Shown here: positions 1 through 13,560 of the stretch, in pieces
Layout: each line of letters begins with the position of its first letter
How positions within the stretch are numbered: the first letter of the stretch is position 1
Origin: Vicugna vicugna
Taxonomy: Eukaryota
NCBI GenBank assembly: GCA_013265495.1
Contig: MU058423.1
Location: 3,363,061 to 3,427,060 of the forward strand
Direction: 5' to 3'
Length of the DNA stretch: 64,000 nucleotides
The notes under the pieces: model-generated
The model's input: the letters and a program-made list of their open reading frames with translations, nothing else
The model's database searches: none
What the model was told of the DNA's origin: nothing
Position numbers and translations under genes: made by a program

Positions 1-9
1 TCCTGATTT

Positions 10-539
10 TATTCAAGGGTCCACTCTTAGCTCATCCCTGTGTACAAAGAAAGTAACCCAACCTCTAGCTGACTGTTAAATTGTGATGAGTCTAAGTTGA
101 CTATGGCAATCCCCTCCTGATGCCCATGACTGGTTTAGGAGTAGGCATATGATCCAATGTGGACAATAAAAGGTACGGGGAAATCCTCTGAGGGCCATCT
201 AGGAAAAGTTTTCTCACTCAAAAGTAGTCATAGATGGAGATGTAGTAGGATTTTCTTACACGTGAATGTGTTGACTAAAACTTGAGCAGCCAGTCATCTG
301 GTGACCATGAAGGGAGCTAGCCAAGGTCAAAGCCATCGCATAAAGAATATGAGAATAAAAAAAGAAAAGTAACCTGGGTTCTTGATGATGCCCTTCAGCC
401 AGTGGACTGACCAATCCTGGAGCAGCTCTATTTCACATCTACAGCTCTATCTCATACCTACGTGTTTTGTGAGATTAAAAAACTCTCTGGGTGAGGAGCG
501 TTTTCTGTTACTTGGAGCAAAGAGCATACTAATTGACAC
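10..539 (+). mobile_element. Old MaLR (MLT1-type) LTR
   Basis: MLT1-like motifs (tgactggtttagga...gcatatgatccaa; ttttctgttacttg...agcatactaattgaca end). Confidence 0.55.
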
Positions 540-1131
540 TGCAATCAACTAGTTTCAGGGAGTTAGGTGGATTTGATGGCTGAAGCTAGTGTTCTGGTTC
601 TTGGCTTAGATGACAGGATTGATGGAGATACCATCACAGAGACTGGAAATAAAAGAGGGTATGTGGGTTTCTGGTAGTAGCATTAATTATTAATTCCTTC
701 TATCTAGCAAAAAAGTGAGGACATTCATTAGTCATTCCATATAGCTAGTAAAAGTATAAAGGATGGTAGTGGCCATGTATATACAGAGCACTGAGAGAGC
801 ACAAAGGGGGTCCTATTCCACTGGGCGTTGGGTAGGACTGAGAATACTTCGCAGGGGAGACTGAATTAGCAGTTGCTATTGTTTAATGCAAACCAGAAAT
901 CATCTTCTGGTAAGGAAGCTGAAACTTAAGAACATCATCCCATAATCAGCACTTAGAAAGAACATGACTATAATTTATTGTTGGATCCAACTATTCAATC
1001 TCCGAGTTGCTTTATTCAAAAACAGCCAAGTCTGAACAGCAATTAGAAAAGCAAACCATTAAATTTTTAAGCTTATAAATAGCAATGAGTGATGTTACAA
1101 ATTTCAAAAGAGTTAAAGAACACTTACTTAC

Positions 1132-1161
1132 CTTTGCATAAGCTTTTCCACCTTTTAATTC
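1132..1161 (-). CDS. EEIG2: EEIG2 (FAM102B) coding exon 3, 30-nt microexon
   Basis: TTTGACAG|GAATTAAAAGGTGGAAAAGCTTATGCAAAG|GTAAGT encodes ELKGGKAYAK, the expected continuation after ...VSVRK in EEIG proteins (phase 0/0). The gene continues left of the window. Confidence 0.93.
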
Positions 1162-2199
1162 CTGTCAAAGATAGAAAACACTATGAGGATATCATATGAC
1201 TAAAGACTTAAAATTAAACATTGCAAATAATTCTGAAGTAGACATTTATACACTGGCAAGTACAGACTAAAATTATGATGATCTTAAATACAACTATTTG
1301 TATGTCCCCTAACCCCAACACATGACCAGAATTTTAATTTAGAATTTAACTTAAATCTGAAGGAGACAAATGGTGGGAAGATGAGCTGATATTTAATCTA
1401 TTTATGGAAGGTGAAATTGCCAAGTGTCCTGGACACATTGCAAGACTTGAATCACCAAAGAAAGGTTAAACACTTATTTAGTTAAGCATGTTAATACACT
1501 GGACAAAGATTTCAGCAAGAGTTGAAACTTCTACTCCAGAGACAACCACTGTTACCAATTTTTAGGAATCACCCGAAAGACGCTATATGGATATATAATT
1601 TCCCCCTTTTACTCAAATGATAGCACATTATAAACACTGTTCTGTACGTTACTTTTTCCCGCATGGCACTCCATGGTAGTACAGCAGAAACTCTCTTATC
1701 TAACTCTTATCTCATATGGACAAGACTGGCAAAAGTAAAAAATAATAATAATATACAGATGTCTTAACATTTTACTTTAAAATATATAACTTTACATTCA
1801 TTTGCCAAATCTCTGGATTTAGGAAACCACACAGATGTGAGAATTAAGTGTAAAACACTTAGAACATTGTCTAGCACATAGTATACATGCTCTGTATATG
1901 TGTTTGCCATTAAAATCAGGGTCAAACTCTCCTCTCCTCATCCACTTTTAAAAATGTGTTTGCTGAATGGAGTTGTCTCTTGTCTTTCTTTCATAAACCA
2001 GATACGACAATGCATAATCTACCATTTCTATTTTTAACGTGGTGAATTTAAATAAGTTGAGAAGTACTCTAAGGTAAACTTTATTGTTCATGAATATTTG
2101 CTACCCCTCCACTTACCGGCCCCACTGGTCAGGCTGGGGCCATGCCGCCAAATCTACTCCATTACGAATGACCACATTTTCCTTTACTAGGTCATTGTT

Positions 2200-3580
2200 A
2201 TAGCCTTAACAGCGCCTTTAATTAAACAAAGCAAAGACAAAACTTTCTCCAGATGATTCTACCCTCTTGTAGCTAATTCTTCTCTTTGCTCCCCTCTACA
2301 GCCAAACTCTTCAAAAGACTCCCCTAAATCTGCTGTATCCCACTCTCTATTCAATCTACTCTAATTGGGCTTCTGCCCTCATTTTCCCTCTGTGACAGCT
2401 CTTAAGATTACCAATAATCTCCATCGTTTATTAAAGCCAAAGGCTCTGTCTTATTTAATTTCACAACAGCATCTGACAGGCTTGGCGGCTCTGCCTTTCT
2501 TATATCTTCTTTTCTCTAGACTTCTGTGGTGCCATAATCACCTAGTTTTACTCCTACCTCACTGGCTGCTCCTCACTCTCCTTTGCAGGACCTACTCCTT
2601 TATTTGATCTCTGTGGAAAGAATGCTAGTTGTACCCTAACTATCCATTCTCCCCTTTTCCACGGTAACAGAATCCTCTATTTTCAGTTGGGCATTAGCTA
2701 CCCAAAATAAAGTAATTGACTACATTTTTCCACTTTCTTTTTGTACTATGGCAGTGCAGTAAGATCTGGCTGAAAGTATATAGAAGTGATGTAAATGAAT
2801 TCTTGCTCCTTCCTTGTACTTGCTAAGTAATTTTATTCTACCTCTAAGTGTTAGAGTGATCCAGGATTTGGTCTAGGGTCTCTTGTCTCCTTTATCTATA
2901 CTTTCTCCCTGGCTTATTCCATTCAGGTCTATGGCTTTAAATAAAAATTGTGTGCTGATGACTCTCAAATCTTTATCTCTAGTCTGAACTTCTCCCCGAG
3001 TTCCAAACTAGTATTTTAAATGCTTACTTGACGTTTCAGGGACACCTCAAATTTAACATGGCTAAAATAGGCCTACTGATCCCTGTTTACAATGCCCCTG
3101 AAGTTGCTCCACTTACAGTCTTTGTTATTTTAATAAATAGCACGATCATCTACCCATAAGCTCAGGCAAAAAGTCTAAGAGTTATTCTCAATTACTTTCT
3201 CTTTTCCCTTCATTCACCATATCCAATCCATTAGCGGGAGGTCTACTTCCAAAATACATCCTGAATCATACTACCTCTGTTATAATAACTCCATGCCAAA
3301 ACATAAGCATTCCTCATCTGAATTATCTCAATCACCTAAGTGGTCTCTGCAATTCATCATTTACATAGCAGCAAAAGTGATCTTAGAAGATCAGGTCTCT
3401 CCTTATTAAAATCCTCAAAATGATTCCAAATATAACTGGAATAAAATCTAAATTCCCATAAGGCCCTACCTGATTCAGTGTCTCCAACATCATCACCAAG
3501 AACTTTCCCTCTCCCTATTTTCCATGTTCCAGTTAAGCTGGTCTTCTATATTTAAGCATGCCAGATTTGTTGTTTATCTT
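2200..3580 (+). mobile_element. Degenerate L2 LINE fragments, interrupted by a short LTR fragment at about 2610-2840
   Basis: L2 RT-end motifs (ctactctaattgggcttctgccc...ttaccaataatctccat; tgctgatgactctcaaatctttatctctag). Confidence 0.6.
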
Positions 3581-3682
3581 GCATGAGGGTCATGGTATTT
3601 TTGAATTTGTGGCTTAATGTCTTTCATCAGTTTTAGAAGATTCTCAGCCACAATCTCTCACTTTTCCTTCCAGGGCTCAAAT

Positions 3683-3767
3683 TATATCTATATATACATA
3701 TACATATACATATGTATATGTATATATATGTATCTATATATCTCTATTTATCTATATATCTATATCT
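3683..3767. repeat. Imperfect (TA)n-rich microsatellite
   Basis: tatatctatatatacatatacatatacatatgtatatg... seen directly. Confidence 0.9.
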
Positions 3768-4432
3768 CAGATCTTTATACTGTTTCCCAAGTCTTACACT
3801 CTGTTCTGTATATTCGACTCTTTTTCTCTCTATGATTTAGCCTGGATATTTTCTTTTGCCCTATTTTCCAAAGCTTTCTTCAGCTGTGACAAATCTGCTC
3901 TTAAACATATCTGGTGACATTTAGTTTAATTTAGTTAGCTTTAAATCTTAGTTAATGTATTTTTCAGTTCTGGAATTCAATTTGATTTTTTAAAAACAGT
4001 TTCTAGTTCTATAATTTCCCATAATGTTCAATCATTATAATTTTTGTAACAAGTTTGTCTTAGACCTTCTCCAAATCTGTGTCTTTTGTTTTTATGATCT
4101 ATTTTTCCTTTTGGTTTTGGTCATATAGTCGTATCACTCAGTATGCTTGGTAACTTTTGTGCATGATGACTTGAAGAAATAATTTCAGGCTCAGAGTAAT
4201 GTTATTCTCCTCCAGAGAAGATATACATTTGCTTCTGGAAAGAAGTATGGTCGGGATACATCGTCTTCATCCAAGCAGCAATTGAGCTCATTAGAAGCTG
4301 AGTTTCAGTCTTAGTAAGGGTCAACCTATAGCCACTATCCTCCTCCTTCTAGGCTGAAACTCTTAGTGTGTCCCCAAAAAGCTTGAGGTATTTACTAAGG
4401 CTCCTTCTGTTGGTGGGCCCTTGACTCCACCG

Positions 4433-4531
4433 GTTTTGTTTGTTTGTTTATAAATGGAGGTGCTGAGGATTGAACCCAGGAACTTGTACATGCTAAGGCC
4501 ACATTCTACCAATGAGCTATACCTTCTCCCC
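4433..4531 (-). mobile_element. tRNA-derived SINE (Vic-1-like)
   Basis: The reverse complement has the A box (TAGCTCATTGGTAGA), B box (GGTTCAATCC) and an A-rich tail; homologous to the other copies. Confidence 0.85.
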
Positions 4532-4886
4532 TGGAATCTATTCTTGTTCCCTTAGTCCTGTAAAATTGCCAGGATCTCAGCTCAGCTTCTTAGCTTCTCC
4601 ATCACTGCTTTTGGCTCAGCTCCTTAGCTACTGCCTATAAATTAGTAAATGCTTTGAGGGCAAAAACATTGCCAAATGTCAGGGTCATCTCTTTACGCTT
4701 CCCTTGTCTATTATTGTAAGCCTCTTAAATCCTTACTGCCTTGGCAGCTTCTGATGCCTTCATGCAGCTATTTTTAATATTTTATCTAGCTTTTCTGGTT
4801 GTTTTCAGAAGGAAGGGTAGCCTGTAACAAGCTAGTCCATTAATTTCAGAAGCGTAAACACCCAGGTTTATTATAATCTTACAGCC

Positions 4887-5334
4887 TGTTATGGATTGAA
4901 TTGTGCTCCCCCCAAAAGATATGTTGAAAACTTAACCCACAGTACCTCAGAATATGACCCTACTTGGAAACAGGGTCTTTACAAAGGTAATCAAGTTAAA
5001 ATGAAGTCCTATTCAACGTGACCACTGTCCTTATAAAATACAGGAAATGAAAACATAGGTAGACAAGCACAGAGGGGAGATGACATAAAGACACGAAGGA
5101 GAAGACAGCCATGTAACCAGAGTGATGCATCTACAAGTCAAGAAAGGCCTCATGCTAGGAAACTAGGAGAAAGGCAAGGGACAGCATCTTCCCTAGTGCC
5201 TTTAGAGGGAACATGGGCCTGCCGACACCTTGATTTTGGTCTTCTGAACTTCAGAACTGTACAACAATAAATTTCTGTTGTTTTAAGCCACCCAGCATGT
5301 GGCCCTTCTTTACAGCAGCTCTAGAAAACTAACA
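4887..5334 (+). mobile_element. MaLR solo LTR (MLT1B/C-like)
   Basis: tgttatggattgaattgtgctcccc start; aataaatttctgttgttttaagccacccag; acagcagctctagaaaactaaca end. Confidence 0.85.
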
Positions 5335-5356
5335 AAGGACCATTTCATCTTCAGGT

Positions 5357-5803
5357 CTGGGACAGTTAATTTTATGTGTCAATTTGACTGGGTCACAGGG
5401 TGTCTAAATATTTGGTTAAACATTATTTCTCAGGGTGTCTGTGAGGGTATTTCTGGATGAGATTAACACTTGAATCAGTTGACTGAGTAAAGCAGATTGC
5501 CCTCCCCATTGTCCGTGGGGATCCCCCAGCCTGTTAAGGACATGAATGACAGAAACAGTGGAAGTTGAACTATCTCTGCCTGTTTGAGCTGGGACATGGT
5601 CTTCTCCTGCCCTCAGACTAGGATGTATACCACCAGTGCTCCTGTTTCTCAGGCCTTTGGACTTCAACTGGAACTACATCACCAGGGCAAACTGTGGGAC
5701 TAATCAGCTTCCATAAATTTGAAGTCAATTCCTTATAATAAATCATATATATACATATATGTATATATATATCTCCTGTTTCTCTGGAGTTCTGACTAAT
5801 GCA
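5357..5803 (+). mobile_element. ERVL solo LTR (MLT2-like)
   Basis: gttaattttatgtgtcaatttgactgggtcacagggtg start; tgagtaaagcagattgccctcccc; tctctggagttctgactaatgca end. Confidence 0.85.
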
Positions 5804-6579
5804 ACATCTTACTCCTTTAGAACAGCTTTTTCCTATTTCACTCGTTTTACATGGGTGCCCCCCCTTCAAATGTTATCTTTCAGAGAAGTCTTCACTAACC
5901 CCTTTCTCAATTTTCTAGAATGATCTTTTCCCTAAGTTATTCTCTGTTACCTCATTGTATTTGATACATAACACTTCTCACTATCTAAAAGAATCTTACT
6001 TGGTTACATGCTTACCAACATTCCTGCCACTCCTCCCCTAACTGCAACTAGAAAGTAGAGTCCTTGGGGGCAGGAACTCATCCCAGGCCACCACAGTCTT
6101 TTCAGTGCCTTAGAAAGTACCTGGCACATTGCAGGCACTCACATACTTGCAGTCAGTCTTCCCTGTGTCCTAAGCAACAGAGTACATTATCAAACTTCCG
6201 AACCTTTGTCAAATTTACAGGTAAAAAAATAGTATCTTAATTGTAGTTTTAATATACATGAATGAGACTAACTTTTTATACGTTTAAAAGCTATTTATAT
6301 TTTCCTTTTTGTGAAATGTATATTCTGTCTACTTTTTTCAAAAGTTGTTAAATCTTTTTCTTACTGATTTATTTGAAGGAATTCTTCCCATACTAAAAAT
6401 ATTTGTCCTCTGACATATTTGCAGATAGTTCCCCGAATTCCTGACTTTTTAAAGGTATTTTTTGTAATGCAGAAAATTTTGATAAAATTGAGTTTTACTG
6501 ATTTTTCTTTATGGGATCTTACTTTTATATGATAGGGTAAGGTAGAGTAAGTTCAGTAAATATTTTCATTTACTAAGTA

Positions 6580-7005
6580 TGGTAAGAGAATGCTAGTGGT
6601 TCATCAATTATCATTCTCTCCTTCTTTAGTGGAATCTGATAGCCCCTCAGCTAGAGACTACATTCACAGCTTTTCTCCCAGTTTGGTGTGGTCATATAAC
6701 CAAGTTCTAACCAGTGAGACATGAACAAAAACCATGAGCACCACTTTCGGGTCGCCCTAAAAAGGAATGCATTTGTTCTCATGAGGCTTTGTCTCCCTTC
6801 TCACAGGTGGAGAGAGAATAAGGCTGGAGCGACTTCCTTGGATCTAAAGATGGGCACCATACAGCGAAGATGGCAGAGCTGCTCTCCCAGCCCTGGACCC
6901 CTTGGCTTTTACCCAAGAGGGACATAAACCTCTATTTTGTTTAAGTCATTGTATATTTGGGTCTCTGATTCAGTAACTTGCCGTACATGCCTTAACTAAT
7001 ACACC
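6580..7005 (+). mobile_element. Old MLT1-type LTR
   Basis: cagctagagactacattc...gtgtggtcatataaccaagttctaaccagtgag; taaacctctattttgtttaagtcattg; aactaataca end. Confidence 0.65.
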
Positions 7006-8019
7006 AAACTTATGTAGTCTGAGGAACTGGTTTACTTCAGATGAACAAGCCCTATCCTACGTAGCACAAAAATAAAAAAATAAAAATAAAAAAATGAATT
7101 CTGAGTTATGCTTTACTATAAATTGGTTATATTTTCTTTTTCTTAAAATTCAAAGACTGACAGATCATCTTTCAAAAATCGTGACTAAGACTAAAACTCC
7201 ATTTAGAAAAAGTTTCAATTTCAGAGCCTCAGCAGGAATTAAGGCAGAAAGGGAAGAAAGCAGGATGTATCTTGACTAATCCTAGTAATTCCATAGGGAA
7301 ATTATTATACCTTTATTTGGATAAGGAAACTGATTTTTTAAAAGTCAGAAGGATTGCCTAAGGTTTCACAGTTAATAACTGGCATATCTGGGATTCAAAC
7401 CCAGGTCAGTATGATGCCACATACAATTTCACAGCATCACCCTTCCTTTAAGGAAGGCTCCATTCAATTATTGCTGCTACAAATGACTATTTTAGAGGTC
7501 TATTTTCATTAGAGGCTTAAAACCTATAAAATGTATGTATGTGCTTATGTTATGTTTGAACTGAATAATTTAAGCAATATAAGGGAAATTAGTGTGTAGT
7601 CACATACATCATAGTGTCCATATCAGTTGATTCAAAAAGCAAAATAAGAAATCCTGAAGTACAACCTTTTATCCAATACAGAAGGGTACAAAATCAGAGT
7701 GGAAAAGAACAAGGCAAGGGATTCCTGTTTTCATCCTGAATACTTCTCTATTTATTTTTTGAACTTGCATATGTGTTACTTTGGTAATTTAAAAAAAAGT
7801 ATATAAAATTTAAAACATAAAGTTTACATTTTAAAGTCAACACTTTAATTCACCAGTAGTGGATTCCTAATGGATTTCTCTTTTTCACCCAAAAAAGGTG
7901 GGATCACTTACTTATATATGTATTAAGTTGAACCAATTTGTGACTGCAATTTTTGTAGATTATTGGTAATAAGCTTCAAATTACTATGTGGAAAGGAAAT
8001 CTATAACAAAGAAAACATG

Positions 8020-8220
8020 GACTTAGAATCAGAAACACTTGTGCTTAAGTTCCTACTTTGCCATTTATTAGGTAAGTGAATTTGGGCACGTAACAACCTC
8101 TCTGAGCCTTGGTTTCCCTGAAAATGGAAACAATAACACCCATTTTCAGATTTGTTATTAGACACAAAATACGTAAAGTCCCTAAAACCAGTGCATAACA
8201 AAGAAGAGGAATTTAATGAA
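8020..8220 (+). mobile_element. MIR SINE
   Basis: MIR core tttgggcacgtaacaacctctctgagccttggtttccc. Confidence 0.65.
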
Positions 8221-8495
8221 TGACATGATATAAACATATTTAGCGCCCAAACTAATAAAATAATATTAATACCTACATGTATAGTGATAATGTGATGAAG
8301 GTTTTTCAATAATATTTTAATTTATAACTTTGGATTCTCCCTCTTATTTGTCATACTGATTTAAATTATTGCTGCAAGTGTGAAGTGAAATTACATGTAC
8401 CAGTTCTAACAATAAAGCAGAGCTAAATAAAGCACATCAGTGGCTACGGAACTAATTCTGGTTTCTGAAAGCAGAGAAGTAATAGGCTATTTTTA

Positions 8496-8651
<156 letters not shown>

Positions 8652-10060
8652 TTAATTAACTATTATTGATGACATGTTAGAAAGCACATACTCTTTCACT
8701 CAAGTCTGTAATATAAACATGATATATTAAAAGCCAATATTTAGAAACAGTGAAACATGAAGAGAACAAATTCCTAACAATGTGATCTGAAATCTTTAGA
8801 AGGTTTTAATTATCCATAGGAAAATGAAAAAAAAAGTGAATTTACTTACCAATTTAATCAATATAAACTGATGCTTCACCATTCATTCAGCACACAATAC
8901 ACATTTGTTTATATTAGGTGTGATGAGTATGTGGTAGGTGATTAAAATATGAAGATGAAAATGACAGTTTCCTAACTGTATAGGGCTTATAGTTTATAGT
9001 TAGTGTAAGAGACAGAAATATAAACACTTATTCTGAAATGAACTACTGCACAGTCTCACGCCTATTCCAGCCATGAGAGCAACAGCATCTACCATCTATG
9101 GACAGCGTATCACATGCTATTGAATCTCACAACCACCCCAGGAGGCATCCTCCTCACTTTACAGGTCAGGAACATGAGGCACAAGGAGAGACGTTAACTC
9201 AAGGATATTCAGGTAGGAAGCAGCACAGCTAGCACTCAAACTGGGCTCATTCGACTCAAAAGCCCACTTGTCTGTTTTTTCCAACAACTCTGCTCTTTCA
9301 AGTTTCCAGGCCTTTGTACGTGTTGTTCCCTCTACTATCCTCTTAGAAAGGAAGGATAATTATTCCTCTAACATAGGAAGAAAAGAAAGACAGTGGGCAA
9401 AAATAAAGACAAAGCTGGAGAAAGCAAAAGGGAGAGGTAAGAGAACCCAGGTTAAACGGTTTTCATTTTCTCAGGAAAGTGTAATAGGTGAGGTTACTGC
9501 TGCAGGAAGACGGCGGCTGATGGCCAAGCTGACAGTTTACATCAAGGCTAAGGATGGTGAACGTGACAGGGAGTCAACTTGCAGCTGCCTCAGTGAATAA
9601 AACGAGTTTGCATTGGGACCAGTAAGTTTGGTTTTATGGATTTCTCCATCAATGCACAGAAATCCACGAACAAGAAGTGCAAAAACAAATATAATTTAAA
9701 AACCAAGTATGTGTTTGTGTGTGGTGTGTGCATGTATGTTTACTTATATACATACAAGCAGATACACAAATGGAGAGGACGACGTGTATTTTATCATAGG
9801 TTTAATTGTCATAACTTTAGCTTTTTTTTTATTAGGAAACTCTAGGTGATTTAAGGAATTATGATATGAAGAGAATGTATATGTGAATATGTGTATATGC
9901 ATACTGAAATACAGCAGGGGTGCAGTTTATCTGTATGGTCACAAAACAGGCAGAATAAAAGTTTGGCAAAGCATGGATCAGAAAGTATTTGTCAGGCAAC
10001 CTGAGGCATCCCCAGTAAGATGAGCAGCAGCTAACCTATACACTCAAAATTAAATGAAAA

Positions 10061-10262
10061 GGGGAGGGGAGGGATAGCTCAGTGGTAGAGTGCTTGCCTA
10101 GCAAGTGTAAGGTCCTGGGTTCAATCCCCAGCACCTCCATTTAAAAAATAAATTAAATAAAACTAACTACCCTACCCCTCAAAAAGCATACAGTGCTGTT
10201 GGAAACAACTATTTCAATAAATCTAGAAGGAAAAAATTAATAAATAAAGTGAATTTTTTAAA
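10061..10262 (+). mobile_element. tRNA-derived SINE (Vic-1-like) with extended 3' tail
   Basis: GGGATAGCTCAGTGGTAGAG (A box) ... GGTTCAATCCCCAGCACCTCC (B box); approximate TSD aaaattaaatgaaaa / aaaattagtgaaaa. Confidence 0.9.
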
Positions 10263-13200
10263 AAATTAGTGAAAAATCAAGAGAATAACAAGCAAGAAAA
10301 ATAAAACCAGATTTTTTTTTTTCATTGTTGCTTCTCTCTCAACATCTCTTGGCCTTGAGACTTGATCAAGGCATTAGCCATGGACTCTGGAGTTTCCCAA
10401 AAAAGGGATGCAGACATACCAATGACTGGACTCCAGACCCTTCCAGAGACTGCTGAGCTTCAAGGCACTGGGTTGTTTCTGTCACTGAGACCAATGACAT
10501 ATGATCAAGAATCAGAAACAATACTTTTAAAAAAAACCTATTATTTTACTTTTCTGATAAAATTACATAAAACTTCTGATTAAGGATGAGAGATTGGCTG
10601 CCTGTATTAGCCTCTGTTCCCTCCCCAAAATATTCTAAATTAAAACAAAAAAAATTTTTAAGTGACCATGTCACAAGGACAAAGAGACCCAGACGGGAGA
10701 CAAAAATAAGTGGCCAGGGACAGACAAGTGAGAACTGATTAAGCAGATCAAAGAAAGCTGAACCTTGAGCTGGAAATAGTGAAAGCCAAGAGCAGGGATC
10801 TAAAATTGATCTTAAAGTAGAATAAAGGAAGGACAAAAGGCAGAAGGATTCATTGAAAACTCATTTATTTTTATTCATTTATTTATTTTGGAAACTGTTT
10901 TAGAAACAGAGCCTCAGATCCTCTCTCTGACTCCTGCAGAAGACTGAGATCATTCTCCTGACAAGGTAAAAAAACAAAGGGATCTCTGAAATACCTGACT
11001 TGAGGGCAGGTATTGAAAATAGCGTGAGAGCCTGACCATATCAGGGGGAGGGGGATGAGAGATGACTTACTGAATGCTGACACCTCCAACCTTCTTCCCT
11101 TCACCTGGCTCCTCAGAATGCTGGGGCCAGGTGTATATACATATTTTTTCTTTAAGATGTGGAAAGAATATTCCCTGGGGAATCCAACTACGCCAAAGAA
11201 AATGAGATGGATGTTGAGGGTTCCCAACAAAACAGTCTACAGTAAAAACCTGACTCAGTGAGCACCCTCCACATGCACAAAGCTTCTAGCCAACTTTTGG
11301 TGCTTCACAGTTACATGCGAGCACACACTTAAGGAAAGTCTCTCAATATGAACTATAGAGACCAGTGAATAGCAAAAAAGCAACTTGAACAAAACAAAGT
11401 CTATGCTAGAGGAAGAACAGATTCTCAAAGAGAGACAAAGTACATCTACCATAGAGACATAGGAGGCTGATTAAAAAAAAAGAACATACAGGAAACTAAA
11501 AAGTGCTCATGGAAATCAGAACTATTGGGCTTGATATTCTGTTTGTCACTCTAGATCCACTACCCTTCTCTGTGGCCCAGGAAGCTGGCCTTTATGGACT
11601 TTATCAACTAGGCTCCCTTGCCCTCTGCCTCTGAATGTGCTAAAGGGACAGTACACTGCCAACTACAGTAAACACTCAATAAATTTGTTGACTGAGAGCA
11701 TAAATGTCATGCATGGACCACAAGTGAATAATCCCAGCTACCACTCCTGCCAACATTACTTTACAACTATTCCTAAATCAACCCCTTTCCTGTGTCTAGC
11801 CCCACTACCCTAATTCAGTCCCTTAGTACCTCTTTCCTGAAATATGGCAACAGCTTCCTAAATGGTCCCAACTCAGGTCTACCTTCCTCATTGCTACCAG
11901 AGAGCTCCTTCTAAAATGCAAGTTTGGTAATGTCATTCCTCTGTTTAAAATCCTTCACTGCTTCCCCATGTCTCAGATTAGGTCCAACCTCCTTAACATG
12001 GCATCTCCATGATTAGGCCCCTGCCTATCTTCAGTCTCAACTCTTGAGCCTTTTTGTCTCATACTGATTGTCATTTCGCATTTACTTCACACTGTTTCTC
12101 ATATGTATGTCTTTATGATACTTTCTTTCCCTTGCACACTATCTATCTCCTTTTCAACTACCACATTCACCAGTTTAATTCTAACTCATTTAGATTAGTC
12201 ATTGCCACCTCTAGGAATTTTTCCCCAATTCAGCCCTCAGGTGAAGCCTGGTGTCCTGTATGACCTGGTCTGCTTTGGTCCCCTGAATCCCTCAGCGCCC
12301 ACGAGTCCCTGTCCTAGAGGGCTGCCACCCAGGGAAGGGGCTGCAAGAGCTGGCTGAGTTGGCTTTCTCCATCATTCCCTTCCCCCAGAAAGTGGTCCTA
12401 ATTTCCTTTATCCTTTCCTTATTCTGGCAGATTCTCCTATGATTACATATATTTCAAATGAACCAATACTATAAGTGAATTTTTAAAATTTATAAGCCTA
12501 AAATATTGCTGACTATGCCCTTTCTTAATAAAAACTCAAGTATAAACAGATATGTTAATTTAAATTATCTTTTAGATTTTGTACTATTAAAATAATAGTC
12601 CTGGAGTTTGAAACAATTTCTCTAAATAAAGAAATTTTGTGTGCCTAAGGCGATTACTCAGATTTTTTTTGTGTGGTAATCTTTAATGCGCACACACACA
12701 CACACAGAGCTGTCAGAAAGCTGTCCAAATTACACAAACAAACAAAAAAAGTGGCCAAGTTATTTCACGGCAGTTTGTTATACTGATGGGTTACCATGGA
12801 AACAAACTCAGACTACTTGGCAACTGAGACAAAAGCCACATTAGTAAATGCTTTCCGTGATGTGACTCATTAATTTCCTATATGAGTCTTATATGGTTGC
12901 TTAACCACTTTTAAGAAACAAAGCAACAGAAGAGGATTTGTGTTGATACTACAGAAAGCCAAATATTTATAAGATAAATGGTAAGCTGCTGATTGTGAAA
13001 TATCTAAGCAGAGGACTTAACAGAAGATAAATGTTGCTATGGCCATTGTTCATGTTTCAAAAAAGTCAAAGGAAAAAATCTTAAAAAATAAAAATAATAC
13101 AAAATAAAACGAAAATTATGGACCCATTTTTTTTATGACTAGTTACTGTACCAGCAAACTGCATTACTTAATATTCTAAGAATAACTTGTACATGTATAT

Positions 13201-13309
13201 ACTCTAGGCACATATTTAAAATTATGCCATATCTTAGTAACTCAAAGTATTTTTAACTTGTTAAAAACAGTGATAAAAAACTGCTATGAGGAATGCAAGC
13301 TGTTTTGCC

Positions 13310-13560
13310 AGACAGTATTACTGCATGGACGTTAAGAGCCAGTCCGCTTCATTCAAATCCTGTGTCTGCTACTTGCCAGCTGTCGCCACAGATAGTCCTT
13401 AAACTGCATTTCCGTTTCCTCCTCTGTGGAACAGGTATGGTAACGTTACCTGCACCTCATGGGAATTTTGGGAAACCAAGTGAATTATTACACTCAATGT
13501 TTGAAACAATGCCTGGCTTATAACGGATCTCCATAATAAATGTTAGATATTGTTATTATC
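13310..13560 (+). mobile_element. MIR SINE
   Basis: ttcaaatcctgtgtctgctacttgccagctgt...tttcctcctctgt; atgcctggcttataa...aataaatgttag tail. Confidence 0.6.

Noticed and set aside
8841..8852. Strong minus-strand donor-like GGTAAGT about 230 nt upstream of exon 2
   Set aside because: I found no convincing matching acceptor or coding similarity; isolated consensus donors are common in introns.
10070..10140. tRNA gene-like sequence with A and B boxes
   Set aside because: It has an A-rich tail, a TSD and multiple diverged copies, so it is a SINE head rather than a tRNA gene.
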